Shown: positions 1 through 12,400 of the stretch, one piece after another
How positions within the stretch are numbered: position 1 is the first letter of the stretch
Layout of the letters: the number at the start of each line of letters is the position of its first letter
From: Chiloscyllium plagiosum
Taxonomy: Eukaryota
Length of the DNA stretch: 64,000 bases
Direction: 5' to 3'
Assembly: GCF_004010195.1 (NCBI RefSeq)
Contig: NC_057749.1
Location: 23,480,999-23,544,998 of the forward strand
Notes under the pieces: generated by a model
Seen by the model: only the letters and a program-made list of their open reading frames with translations
Told to the model about the DNA's origin: nothing
Databases searched by the model: none
Program-made: the position numbers and the translations under genes

Positions 1-1504
1 AATATTCTAAGTTCAAAAATATTCTAAGTACATGAAAGACAGAAAAATGATAGAGGGGAGGAGTACTCTTCCAGCTCAAGGATGAAGTAGTTTTAGTGGG
101 AAGAGAGGATATAATGATGAGAGGTAAAACAGATCCTGGAAACTTTATGGGTAGAACTGCAAAATAGAAAAACACTTAAAGATTATGGTGAAATTTACAT
201 TGAATCCTAATAGTAACTGTGAAGTAGCAAACTGTACAACATGCAAAATCTGGATAATCATTTACCAAAAGTAAAATAGATTTAATGAGTTTGCCTGGAA
301 TTGCAATATTCCCTCAATGAAAAAGGAAGCAGGCCAGATTAAATTAATAACTAGTAACAAACTAGACTTTGTTAACAATCTAATGGTGGGTGAACCTTTC
401 TCATAGTGTTCATAATATGACTAAGTTCATATTTGTGCTCAATAAGTGAAAAGCATAAGACAGTGACTAAGATTCTAGACCGAGTGGTGTTACCTTCAAC
501 CAGATTAAGATAGAGATAATCCACAGTAATCTGAGCAAATTTATCAGAAGATGATCAGTGGAGCATGTTTGTAAAGAAACACGGATACAAAACAAGCTCA
601 TGCTGCTAAAATGTTGAAGGTCTACTCGACAAAATTATCCATGGATAATTAAGGGGTAACAGAGAAATAAAGTTAAAATGCATAAAAATATAGACTTGTG
701 GTGTGCGTGTGTATATTATATACATATATCTTGATGAATGAGCAATTTAGAAAGAATACTGGTGGGTTAAAAAAAAAATCTAAGATCGACATGAAAGAAT
801 GAAAAGTGCACAGGATATATTAAAAAAAACATGCAAACAGACTTCAATGTTTGGCAATTTTTTTTTTAAACCGTCCAAAGTGGATGACCTCCCAAGGTAA
901 TGACTAAATGGTGAAAACCCACAAACAATTGACGTCTCAGGAGACTTGAGGACCCAAATACATATATAATGAAAATGTATCGTAAAATTAACATAGGCAA
1001 TGGAATACTAATCTTTATACTGGAATGCAAGGCAGTAGAAATCATGTTTCAGCAGTCAAAGCTCTCGTTAGATCACGTCAGGAGAACAGTGAACACTTCT
1101 ATACACCACACCTTTGGAGAATGTAATGGCCTTGGAAGAAGTGCAGTTTGGATTTAACAGACTAATATCTGGACCTCATGAGTTAGAAGAAAAGCAGTTA
1201 TTTATTGAAATGTAGAAGGTGAAGAGGTGATCTGAAGCTATTAAAGGAACAGATAGAATACAGATAAACCATTTTCTCTGGTTAGAGAATCTAGGACTAG
1301 GGCACAGAGTCCAAAAGATGAGAGGCAGACGTTTCTTGAATGAAATTCCATGCTGATCTGGTTAGGAAAGCAGCTGAGTAGCAAAGAGAAAAAAAAAATA
1401 CGATGACAGATATTCTAATTGGCAGAACTGACGTGTGGCACCTGCCAAGCATCGGTGATGGCTCAAACTATTCATTGCATTAAACTGCAGTTCTATGAAA
1501 ACAT

Positions 1505-2400
1505 CATAACAGGCCATAAGATGGAGGAGCAGAAGTAGGTCATTCAGCCCAAGTCCACTCCCCCACTTAATGAGATCATGGCTGATCTGATAATCTTCAA
1601 ATTCACTTTCCTGCCTTTATCCCCATAATCTTTGATTCCCTTACTAATTGAATATCTCAGCCTTGAACACGCTTAATTAAATCAACCTTTCCAGCCCTCT
1701 ACAGTAAATAATTTCGCAGGTTTATTTCCCTCAGAGAACAGATTTTTCATCTCAGTCTTAAATGGGTGACTCTCTGCAAGGGAAAATGCATCTGCTAGTC
1801 AAACTCACAAAGAATCTTGTGTGTTTGAGTAAGGTCTCCTCTCAGTTCCTGACCCTAATGAAGGCAAGCCCAACATACTCAACCTCTCCCCATAAGAGGA
1901 TCCCTTCATAACTGCGATAAACCCAGTGAACCTTCTCTGGATTGCCCCCAACATCAGATAAAGGGGTCAAAACTGCTCACAGTATTTTAGTTGTATTTTG
2001 ACCAGTGCCTTGTATAGGTTCAGCAAGACCTCCCAACTTTCACACTTGGTTCTCTTTGAAATAAAGGCCAACATTCCATTTATCTTCCCTACTGCCCACT
2101 GAACTTGGACACTAACTTTGAGATTTATGCACAAGGCGGCCCCAAATGCTTGTGCTGCAGGCTTGTGCATTTTTAAACATGGAATTTCTCTTTTCCTCTT
2201 TCCAAAGTCACATTTCCCACATTACATTCCAAATGCCAAGTTTTTGACTAATCATTTAACCTGTCTCTGTCCTTCTGCAAACACTGTCATCTTCACCTTG
2301 CCTTCAAAATATTTTTGTGTCATCCACAAACTTGGCTCATATATTCACCCTCCTCATCCAAATCATTTATAACATAGTGAATAAGTGTGGCCTCAACATG
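1505..2400 (-). mobile_element. Degenerate CR1-clade LINE 3' fragment
   Basis: ORF remnant GMLAFISK...VLLNLYKALVKIQLKYCEQF resembles the CR1 ORF2 C-terminus (LYKALVRPHLEYCVQFW). Confidence 0.75.
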
Positions 2401-3297
2401 ATCGACAACCTTTAATACATATTTCTATGAACACTTGAAACACCACAGCAAAGGAATTGGGATTAGAGTAGATAGAGTCTCGGTAACTGGCGCAGAATTA
2501 GTGGGCTGAATGGCGCAGTTCCGTACTGCATTACTCGAATTCAAGAAATTCAGAAACACTTCTGCAGAGAAACAGCAATGTGCAAATGGTAATTTGTGAG
2601 ATTGTGTGCAAATGGTAATTTGAGAGATTTTTTTGAAATCTTTTAATTTATGAGATTTAAAATTTTTGTGAACTAAAGGTATTCAAGAATATGGAGCAAA
2701 AGGCCAGTACACGGATTTTGGTCACAGTTCAGCCACAATCTCATTGAAAGTCAAAACAAGTTGAGGGGCTCGCAGCCTCTGTCTGCTCCTATAACCGTAT
2801 ATACCTGTTATTGTTCACAGAAAGTAAAATACTTGAGTTCTACAAACACAGAATAATATTGATAATTGAAACAGTGACAAAGGCAGTGATACATTAAAAG
2901 CAACATCATTGATCATTACGTTGTAAACTCTGTCAAAAAGGTGAGGTTTAAGCTAAAACAAAATGTACACAGGAAGAGCTGAAATTGCAAAACATTAATT
3001 CAGTACATCATTAGCGGAGGAACAATGTGGGTGGTTGGCACGTGAAGCGGAGAAGTGATGTGACTGCAGTAATGGCTTGTTATACATTGGGGTTAAGGTT
3101 AAATGCTTGCTCAGAGCTGAGAATATATATCCCATATAATTTATGTACACTTGTGGTGCTGGTCACACAACTACAAATCAAATATAAATTCGATTAGTGC
3201 TACTTGGCCTACAAATTTTAAATATTTTGAGTGTAAAACCTAAGGACCTCACTTTTTTATTAAATATTCAAACTGTGCTTCAAATGAAAAATCTCAC

Positions 3298-3402
3298 CAA
3301 ATATTCCATATTCTTGGCCGGACACTTCACACAGCCATAACTTCCCACAGTGTCTAATGAGAAACCATTAGACCAGTTGCTAGTAGATACACATAACTGA
3401 AT
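3298..3402 (-). CDS. VPS13C: VPS13C exon (105 nt) IQLCVSTSNWSNGFSLDTVGSYGCVKCPAKNMEYL
   Basis: Inside ORF 3280..3582; cag acceptor, TTG|GTGAG donor. Confidence 0.94.
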
Positions 3403-6400
3403 CTGTAAGCCAAAACAACAAAAACATTTCCAATTCAATATTTCACAATCATCAGCTCTCAGAATCTTCATAGCAAACCAAATGAATGATTTAAAAAAAG
3501 TACATGGACATAATATAAGAACAAAATAGTGCACAATAGAGCAATACTGTTCAACAGGGAGTCTGAATGAAATCCTCACCAACTTCAGGCCTTTCAGTCC
3601 TCATTTACATTCTATAATTTCAAATGACGACCAGATAAACAATGCACTGCAGATTACTAAGTCTCTGAGAAGCTGAGTAAAACTGGGTACTACGTTAAAA
3701 AAAAGGAAGAATTGACAATTTTGTTTGTTTGTTTTATGAACAAAAATTAGCAAATTTTTTGACAGCCTGTTGATATTACACAGCTGAAAGTACATAAAAT
3801 ATAGTACACAATTCCACACGAATGAAACCACTGGAAAGTCAGTAGATTAAGAAGTTTCCCTGACATACCATCTATGTTTGCCAATGAGCAAGGCAAAGGC
3901 AGGTATCAGAAATGTCAAAACCACCAAGAAAAACAAAACCCAAGTTCAGATTAGGCCACTTAATCACATCAGTAATTACAAAGCAAGAACCTCTTTCCCC
4001 ATCATAAAGCTGTTCGTTCGGTGATTTTTCAGTCATTACTCTTCTTGCCATGAGGACCGCTCCCAAATCTTCTTTCACTTCACGTGAAAAGTTGTTCTAT
4101 TAAGTCTCATCACACTTGCATTTGAGTTAGCATTTTAGATTCACCTTCATCATGTCATTTACACATCACTGAGGTTCCCGCTCATTGCATTTTCCAACGT
4201 TTCATCAGATCACTCATACTTATGATTGCGATGCTTCCCTCTGAGATATGAATATTTCTTCTATGCGTTGCTAACCATGATTACAAACAGTATTCATGGA
4301 TTCAGTGACTCAACAGATGTATAACTTAAGCATGACTTCTTCAAACTTGTAGCCTACTACTTTGGTTATAAAGTTGTCATAGCCCTACCAGACCATAGAG
4401 TTGCTCTCCCATTCGAGAGAGAGAAGACTGGTGGCATTTTAACCAGAGGGTCACTATGCCTCAGGTGAGGGAGAGGTTCAGAAGGAGAGTCCTACACGGT
4501 AACCTCATTGGAGTGGGAATTGAACCCATATTATTAGCAACACTATGCATTGTAAACCAGCCATCCAGCCAACTGAGCTAAATCAACCCTGCTTTTCTGA
4601 AAGGAGATATGAAAGTTTTTCAACTTGGCTCTCAGCAGGACAAATGCAAGAAAAGCAACACTGGCAAGGAAACAAGAATTTATACAACATGAGAAAAGGT
4701 GCTAACTGGTTGGGCTTTGTTTGGGAAAGAATTAAATCTGCGACAACTCCATGTCAAAACTTCATGTTACACCATTTTGGTTACACATTCCAGCACATTG
4801 TTGGCTTGAAGAAAATCCATCATTACTCGGGGTTGGAGGGCCACCAATGCCGCTACGACTCTTATGGCTTATGAATCTTTCGTGGGGCTCAGGAACCCGA
4901 ATGTGGAACAAGGTGCCACTGTGGTCATGGCTGCTCCAGCCTTACTGAAATTGAATAAAAGCACACTAACACTACAGTATCACTCCCTGTATTTGCACAT
5001 CTACTGAATGCTATCATTCCAAATTCACATTCATTACTTACCTCAGCCTCCATCAGTGTTCATTAACAGGAGAAGTAAGAAAGATAAACAACACATGAAT
5101 AAAAAAGATGCTCTAGACCCTGTAAGAAGCTGTAATGATTTATTCCACCTACAAAACAATTTACCTCCCCTTGGGCCCTGTATGACGTCTTTCACTAACT
5201 GGGTCTATTTCAACCTTTAATGCATTGTAACAGCATGTTAGTGACCTCTATTTGTGAATACAGAATTAAAACTTGAACAGAAAGGGGATACTTCTAATAA
5301 TGAAGAGGCACCCTTAAGAAAAATCACAAAATATAATTTATTTTATCTAAATATGCTTTGCCATTCAGCCCATCTACACCTCTTAAAACTGCAGATGGCT
5401 ATCCATTATTCAAATAACTGGCAAATCTCCTCTATTACTGCTAAACTGAAACCACAAAGGAATGATACACACCTTATTTTTGCTGAAAATGTTTTTCCGT
5501 TTGAAGGAAAATAGGACAACATCACGGAAGTCAGCCGCATGTTTCACATGTATATCTTCTGCACGATATTGCAGGACCCGGGATGTTTTATTAATGATCC
5601 AGTACGGGCTATAAATAGACAAAACCAGACGGCCACTAATTTTGCGAACGTGGACCAACAAATCAATGCTCATGCGATCTTTACTGTCAGCAGTGAAGCA
5701 TATTGGAAACATTTCAGCCAGTCCATCTTCAATTTTAACATGGCCACTCCAGTTCCTGCCTTGATATTTAACCAGGACAAGTTCCATTATTTCACCCTTG
5801 ATTCTGGATTGGAGTACATCTGCTGAGGATCCTTCTGCCAGTTCATTAATTTCAGCTGTTGCCTGGATAAAACAGACAATTTATTTCAAGAGCAAAACTT
5901 TCAAAAGTAACGCATGGAAGAAATATTCATACCTCAGAGGGAAGCATCGCAATCATAAGTATGAGCGATCTGATGAAAGGTTGGAAAATGCAATGAGCGG
6001 GAACCTCAGTGATGTGTAAATGACATGATGGTTCACGTTACTTTTGGAAGAAAATTTGAGAGCTAATATTAACTAAATAATACAAGTTTTAATGGAACCC
6101 AGGAATAGAGATCTCCACAGACAGTTGCTTGTGGAAGATCGGGGCCGTTTGCGGTGTTTCTTTTATGTGGAACGGTCCACCTTCCGTTGCCACACCGGCA
6201 CCACAGCCCCACCTGTTCCTCCACTATACCGATGACTGTATCGGCGCTACCTCATGCTCCAACGAGGAGGGTGAACAGTTCATCAACTTCACTAACACCT
6301 TCCACCCCAACCTCAAATTCACTTGGACCATCTCAGACACCTCCCTCCCATTCCTGGACCGCTCCATCTCCATTTCCGGCAGACTAACCACGGACACCTA

Positions 6401-9400
6401 CTACAAGCTGACCGACTCCAACAGCTACTTAGACTACACCTCCTCCTACCCTACCTCCTGTAAAAATGCCATCTCTTATTCCCAATTCCTCCGCCACCGC
6501 AGCATCAGTTCCCAGGATGACCAATTTCACCTTACAAAATCTTTGATGGCCTCCTCTTCAATGAGCACAATTTCCCATCCCACGGGGTCGATGATGCCTT
6601 TCAGTGCATCTCCTCCACTTCCTGTACCTCCGCCCTCGAACTCCACCCATCCCAATGCAACAAGGACAGAACACTCTGGGCTTCACCTTCCATCTCACCA
6701 ACTTCGGTTTATATCACATCATCCTCCACCACAAAACAAACCCCACCACCAGAGATACATTTCCCTCCCCACCGCTATCAGTGCTCTGGAGAGACCATTC
6801 CCTCTGCGACTCCCTCACGTCCCCAACTTGCCCACACTCCATTCCTGGCACCTTCCCCTGCCACTGCAGGAAGTGCAAAACCTGTACCCACACCACCTCA
6901 GTCCAAGGCTCCAAAGGATCCTTCCACATCCATCAGAAATTTACCTATACCTCCACCAATGTCAATTACTTCATCCATTGTATCAGGTGTGGTCTCCTCT
7001 ACATTAGGGAGATAAACGTTCTGCAAGTAGGTGTCTTAAGAGAATATCTCTGGGACACCCGCACCAACCAACCCCACCGCCCCGTGGCTGAACACTTCAA
7101 CTCCCCCTCCCACTATCAAGGACATGCAGGTCCTGGACCTCCTCCATCGCCGAACCCTTACCACCCGACACCTGGAGGAAGAACTCCTCATATTCGCCTT
7201 CGGACCCTGCAACCACATGGGATAAATGTGGATTTCACCAGTTTCCTCACTTCCCCTCCCCTCCACATTATCCTAGTTGCAAGTGTCCAACTCGGCACCA
7301 CCCTCTTGACCTGCCCATTACCTTTCCCATCTATCTGCTCCACCCTCCTCTCCAAACTATTACCTGCTCCCTCACCTTCATCTACCTATCGCATTCTCAG
7401 CTCCTTTCCCCCTAGGCCCAGCCACCACCACCACCACCATTTATCGCTCAGCCTGCCCGGCCCACAAGTCTCATTCCTGATGAAAGACTTATGCCCGAAA
7501 CATCAATTCTCCTGCTCCTCGGATGCTGTCTGACCTGCTGTGCACCCCAGCACCACACTCTTGACTCAGGTCTCCACAAGTGACTTAGAAGGCCAACATA
7601 TGCAAATTCTTCTAGATGGCAGGCCAGGTTAATAAGATGGCTAAAAGACTTCACACAGGATCCTGAGCTTTATAAACAGAATTAGTATTGGGTTTATTGT
7701 CACATTACTCAAATGATTACAGTGAACAGTTCACAAGTCGCCACTTACAGTGTCATCTTAGGTACAAAGTTACCTAGGTACAGATTCTTCGGGAAAAAGT
7801 TTAGAAAAATAAAGAATTAAAAAGTACAGCAATACAGATTATAGGAATAGATTAGAAAAACAAAAAGTTCAGAATAACAGTCCTTCCAACCCAGTACACG
7901 CTGGCACCTCGCCTCCATTCCAGGCTAGGCCTTGACTCCAGACCAGGAGGCCATTCTGGAATCATCTCAATGCTGGAAAGTCCACACTGAGGCCATACCA
8001 AGCCACACTGAGGCTGAGAGCTCGAGTGCGCACTGCATCCAAGAGTCTGAGTCGGCATTGAGGCAGGGAGTTCAGGACAGAACCGAGGAGAAAGAGGAAA
8101 AGAAAAGTACAAAAGAGAAAATGAAAAGGAAAAAAAGCAACAAAACAGATGGACAGGACAAGTTCCAGCTGAGGAGTCCTATTCCGCCATCTTGGAAGTA
8201 AACAAGCAGGAAGAACAAAAAATAGGAAGCTCTGTTTCACTTTCATGAATCACTGCTTAAATCTCAGCAAAAGGGCCATGACCAATTATGGGCATCATAC
8301 TTCAGGAAGGATGGCAGTATCTTAGAGGGGCTGCAGGGGAAATTTACTGGAATAATCCCAAGCATAATTAATATTAGTTACTACACAGATGGGAATCTGG
8401 ATTTCTTTCCCACAAAACACGAACTGTTAAATGGAGATAGAAATGCATAAAATTCTGAAGGGTTTTGATAGATAGGAAAAAACTTTATGTTAGCAAGGAT
8501 GCAAGGTTGGAAGTTCACCTCAAGGTTAAACATAACAATGGTTACTAGCAGTCTGGTTCAGCGTCAGACAGTTATCACAGAAAGGTTGAGGAGATGGCTA
8601 ATCAGCAGGGTCACGACGAGTGAAAACAATGCATTCAGTGTTCTCAATATTTAATTGGAAGAAAGATCTTTCATCGAGCACTGGATAGTGGAAAAGCAGT
8701 CTGAATTTAAACAGAATAGCAGACAACTCACCATCGTGGGTTGTGCAAAGGAATATGTGGCAGATAAGTGGCTTGAAGAAGAGAGAGTACGTAGTAACAG
8801 AGTTAAGAATTCTGATGTCAAGATGAAGGATGGGAAATCATAACAGGAAAAGGTGGCAGCAAATTGTGTAGAGCCATGTATCGGCAAAAGAATTCCTAAA
8901 GTTGGTCAGAAAGACAAAAAAGGCAAGTCTCAAGTTGACAGAGATAGCAAACAATTTTACTGGTGGTAGGACTGAGAATGGTGAGAAGGTTTTGGAGTCA
9001 GGAGATTGAAGATACAATCTTGGCCATGGACTCAAATATTAAATTTGGACTATGACAGGCCACTCCGGCTGCACACCATCAGGATGAACTTGACTGGCAT
9101 CATCAAAAATGGTGGGAACAGGGGTCTATAGCACAACACATCTAACATTGTCTCAATAAGGTGGTTTAGTTCTTGACAATATGAACATGTAAATGAGCTG
9201 GCACTTGTATGATTCAAGATTGGGTAAACCAAGCAACAATTGTAGAATCAAGGATGTAGTACAAAGATAAATTTCATTACTAATCAGAGATATGTGAAAA
9301 CTGACTCTGCACTTAATTTGATGATCTTCAATAACCCCTATAATAGCATCAGAGAAACGGAGGGGCTCCTAAAAGAAACTTGGACATGCCAGAAAAGAAA

Positions 9401-12400
9401 TCTTAGCACATGTGCTAAATGGCTTTGAGACTGGTAGGAGTGTTACAGTAAAAAGTAGTACATGGAGTGGGACTACATGCGAGGCAATCAATGTGTGTTT
9501 GTTGACTCCGCCAAAAAACCAGAGGATTTGAGGGTCACTATGCATCACAATCCATATTCTCACCAAATGTGAAAGACTTTTTAACTAGGTCATCATTAGT
9601 GCTGTGACTAAGACAAATTGGGAATGAAAAATATGGAGCTATCACTGGAGCATTTGGGACTTGAACACAGACCTCTTCTCAACAGTATATCCCAGATAAT
9701 TACAGAACAAGGTGAGTTGAGGATGAGGAAGGTAAACATTTTAAGAAGAATAGGTTGAGTACAGCAGCTTAGAAAGTAGTATTCAAGACAGATAGAGAGT
9801 AGTAATTTTGGGTCAAATAGTATAGTGATTAGAAGCCACATTAGGGGTGTTTCAATACAGCACAACATTAGTTCCAAGTTAAAACATCCACCATTTTATT
9901 CAATGTGCTCTGTTGCATAGTGTTATGATTATGAGAGGTGGTATTAAACACGTAAAACAAAACTAAATCAAATTTGAAGTCATTAATTTGTTTTTAAAAA
10001 TGACATTTACTGTTAAGCTACAACTTTAACTTAAAAAATAGCTAAAATGGATTGTACTTCCAATTCAAAACAACCCAAATTCGAGAAGCGTAAAGATACT
10101 TCACTGCAAACACCCACTCTAAATGAACTGAACTCACCTCCAACATGTAACGCAAACTATATGGCAGAAGATTTCTGATTGTAACTGTTGGGTAGAGGTG
10201 AATAATATAGGCTGGATCCCACTCATCTTCACCATGGTTACTAATAAAGTTCAGTTCATCTGGAATAGCAACAGCATTAACTATAAGAGGAAGGAAACTC
10301 ATCTCAGTGGAAGGGCATTGCAATGTGCATCGGATCTCAGTGCTTCTGTGAAGCTCCTCCTTCCATGTAATATATGTTGTTGACATTTTGAATTGGTCCT
10401 CCAGTCTACCCGATGGCTTCAGAAACAATTGCCCCCTTCAAAAAAGAAAGTAATATATTAGCGCTTTGTATAGCTCTTACCTTATTGATATTCAGAATCA
10501 ACCTGTTCAGATATGCTGTGGAGCTACCACCGCAGCATCTGGGTCTTGAACGCAGACCTCTTGTTTCAGAAGTGCAACACTACCACTGCACCACAAGAAC
10601 CATTTTTGTTTTAAATCAACCTGTTCAGATGTCTTCCAGAGCAGGCAGGACTTGAACCTACAGCTCTGGACCAGGAGTAAAGGTAGTATCACTACACAAA
10701 GAGTTCATCGACTGGGAAGATTCAGATATTTGTAAATCAACCTGTTCAGGCTTGTTTTGACTTACCACAGGAGGAGGGACTTGAACTCAGAAGTATGGAC
10801 TGCATCATAATGGCCCACTCTAACTTATCATACACTTAATGCCAAAGTATAATGAAGCTTCTCTTCAACATAAAATTGTTCTTCTTTGGAGTTGCCTGAA
10901 GCCAAATGTGTTTATAATATTAAACAGCTATGGTTGAATGGTGTTCAACCTTGCTTCTCTTCTCTCAACCATCATTCCAGTCCTTAGTTCTATTTGTAAA
11001 CTTTGAAGATAGAAGGTAATTTTGCTTTGTTGAAAACCTACATCTTTAAATGGAAGCATTGGACATACAAAGTTGCTAATTTGTAGTCCTATATTGCTTG
11101 GCTGTTTACTAACAATGTGACTGACACCCAGATACATGGTCCAGACTGCCTTTCTCAAATCTGAAGTTTGAAAATCAGTAGAAGTCTTAGCACCGATGAA
11201 AGGATTTGAAAAGATGTTTGGATATTAATGCCCACTGCATATTTTTGAGGGTTGCATGAAAAATTAACTGATGCTTTTTTTTTAAATTCACTGGATATAA
11301 ATGTACAATGTGAATCACAGCTGCATAAATAAACTTGTAAGTAAATAAATTATTACATTCTCAGTACAAACAGAAACAAGGATTCCCATTTGCCCCATTC
11401 CAAAAAGGAGATTCATCTCCTTGATGCATCTTCAAATTAAAAGACAAAATTTATCTTCAAGCTCTTTTCAAAATGCTTTAGTGAAAGAAAATAAAATTTG
11501 AATATTTCCATAACTTGACACACTAAGACTACTGCTTGGCAAAAAATAAAACTTTTACTCAGCAATTATACTTCTAAGTTGCAAGGGTGGGCATTTGATT
11601 ATATATGACATAAGAAACAATATCAAGACTTTCTTTACATGTTGGAGAAAGTGAGGACTGCAGATGCTGGAGATCAGAGCTGAAAAATGTGTTGCTGGAA
11701 AAGTGCAGCAGGTCAGGCAGCATCAAAGGAGCAGGAGAATCGACGTTTCGGGCATAAGCCCTTCTTCTCCTGAAACATCGATTCTCCTGCTCTTTGGATG
11801 CTGCCTGACCTGCTGCGCTTTTCCAGCAACACATTTTTCTTTACATGTTGTCAATACTGATCATAATTTTTTTTCCAAAAAGCAAGGTGATCTGCAATGT
11901 GCATCATACTGGAGGCAGGTAACAATTCAGCAGAGATAGCTGTAGTTACCCCTAGACAGGGTTCTGATGGCTTGAGGAAGATTACTGGGAGATTGGCAGC
12001 ACAGCCATTGACATCTTGGAGTTTCTGGAATCAACTTTTATTTAAAGAACTGCAAGATGGTGACAAAGATGGCTGCACAGCTTATCAATCATTCAATGTG
12101 ATGTAGATTTGGGCACCAGCACAATAGCTCAAGTCTGGACAGTCACCTGCTTGTCAGATCAACAATCACTGAAGGTTTGGTCAGGCAGGAAGTGTGGCTA
12201 GATAGGGCAGCTTTGTGTTAAGTTGCAAACCCTGACCAATAACAACTCTCAACCTTTGCAGTGATGTGACACTAACTTGTATTCCCACTAACTTGTGTGC
12301 AGTCACTGCGTCATGACAATAATCAGAGCTTTCCTAAATACTGCGAGCGTATCCACTCAATGGAAACACCAAAGGGGCTACTTTAAGTAGATTCTGAGGT

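Noticed and set aside
2579..2630. 26-bp tandem duplication (also an 18-bp x3 repeat near 50218)
   Set aside because: Ordinary slippage duplications in decayed intronic repeats
1..3297. Next VPS13C exon after MEYL
   Set aside because: No matching peptide with splice sites found; region is mostly decayed CR1, so the exon probably lies outside the window
5965..6030. C/D snoRNA or hammerhead in the inverted-repeat arm (CTGATGA..GAAA)
   Set aside because: No properly placed box D with terminal stem and no valid stem III or NUH; probably chance
10496..10749. CRISPR-like repeat-spacer appearance
   Set aside because: Eukaryotic intron, 15-bp repeat, about 105-bp spacers homologous to each other, no cas genes
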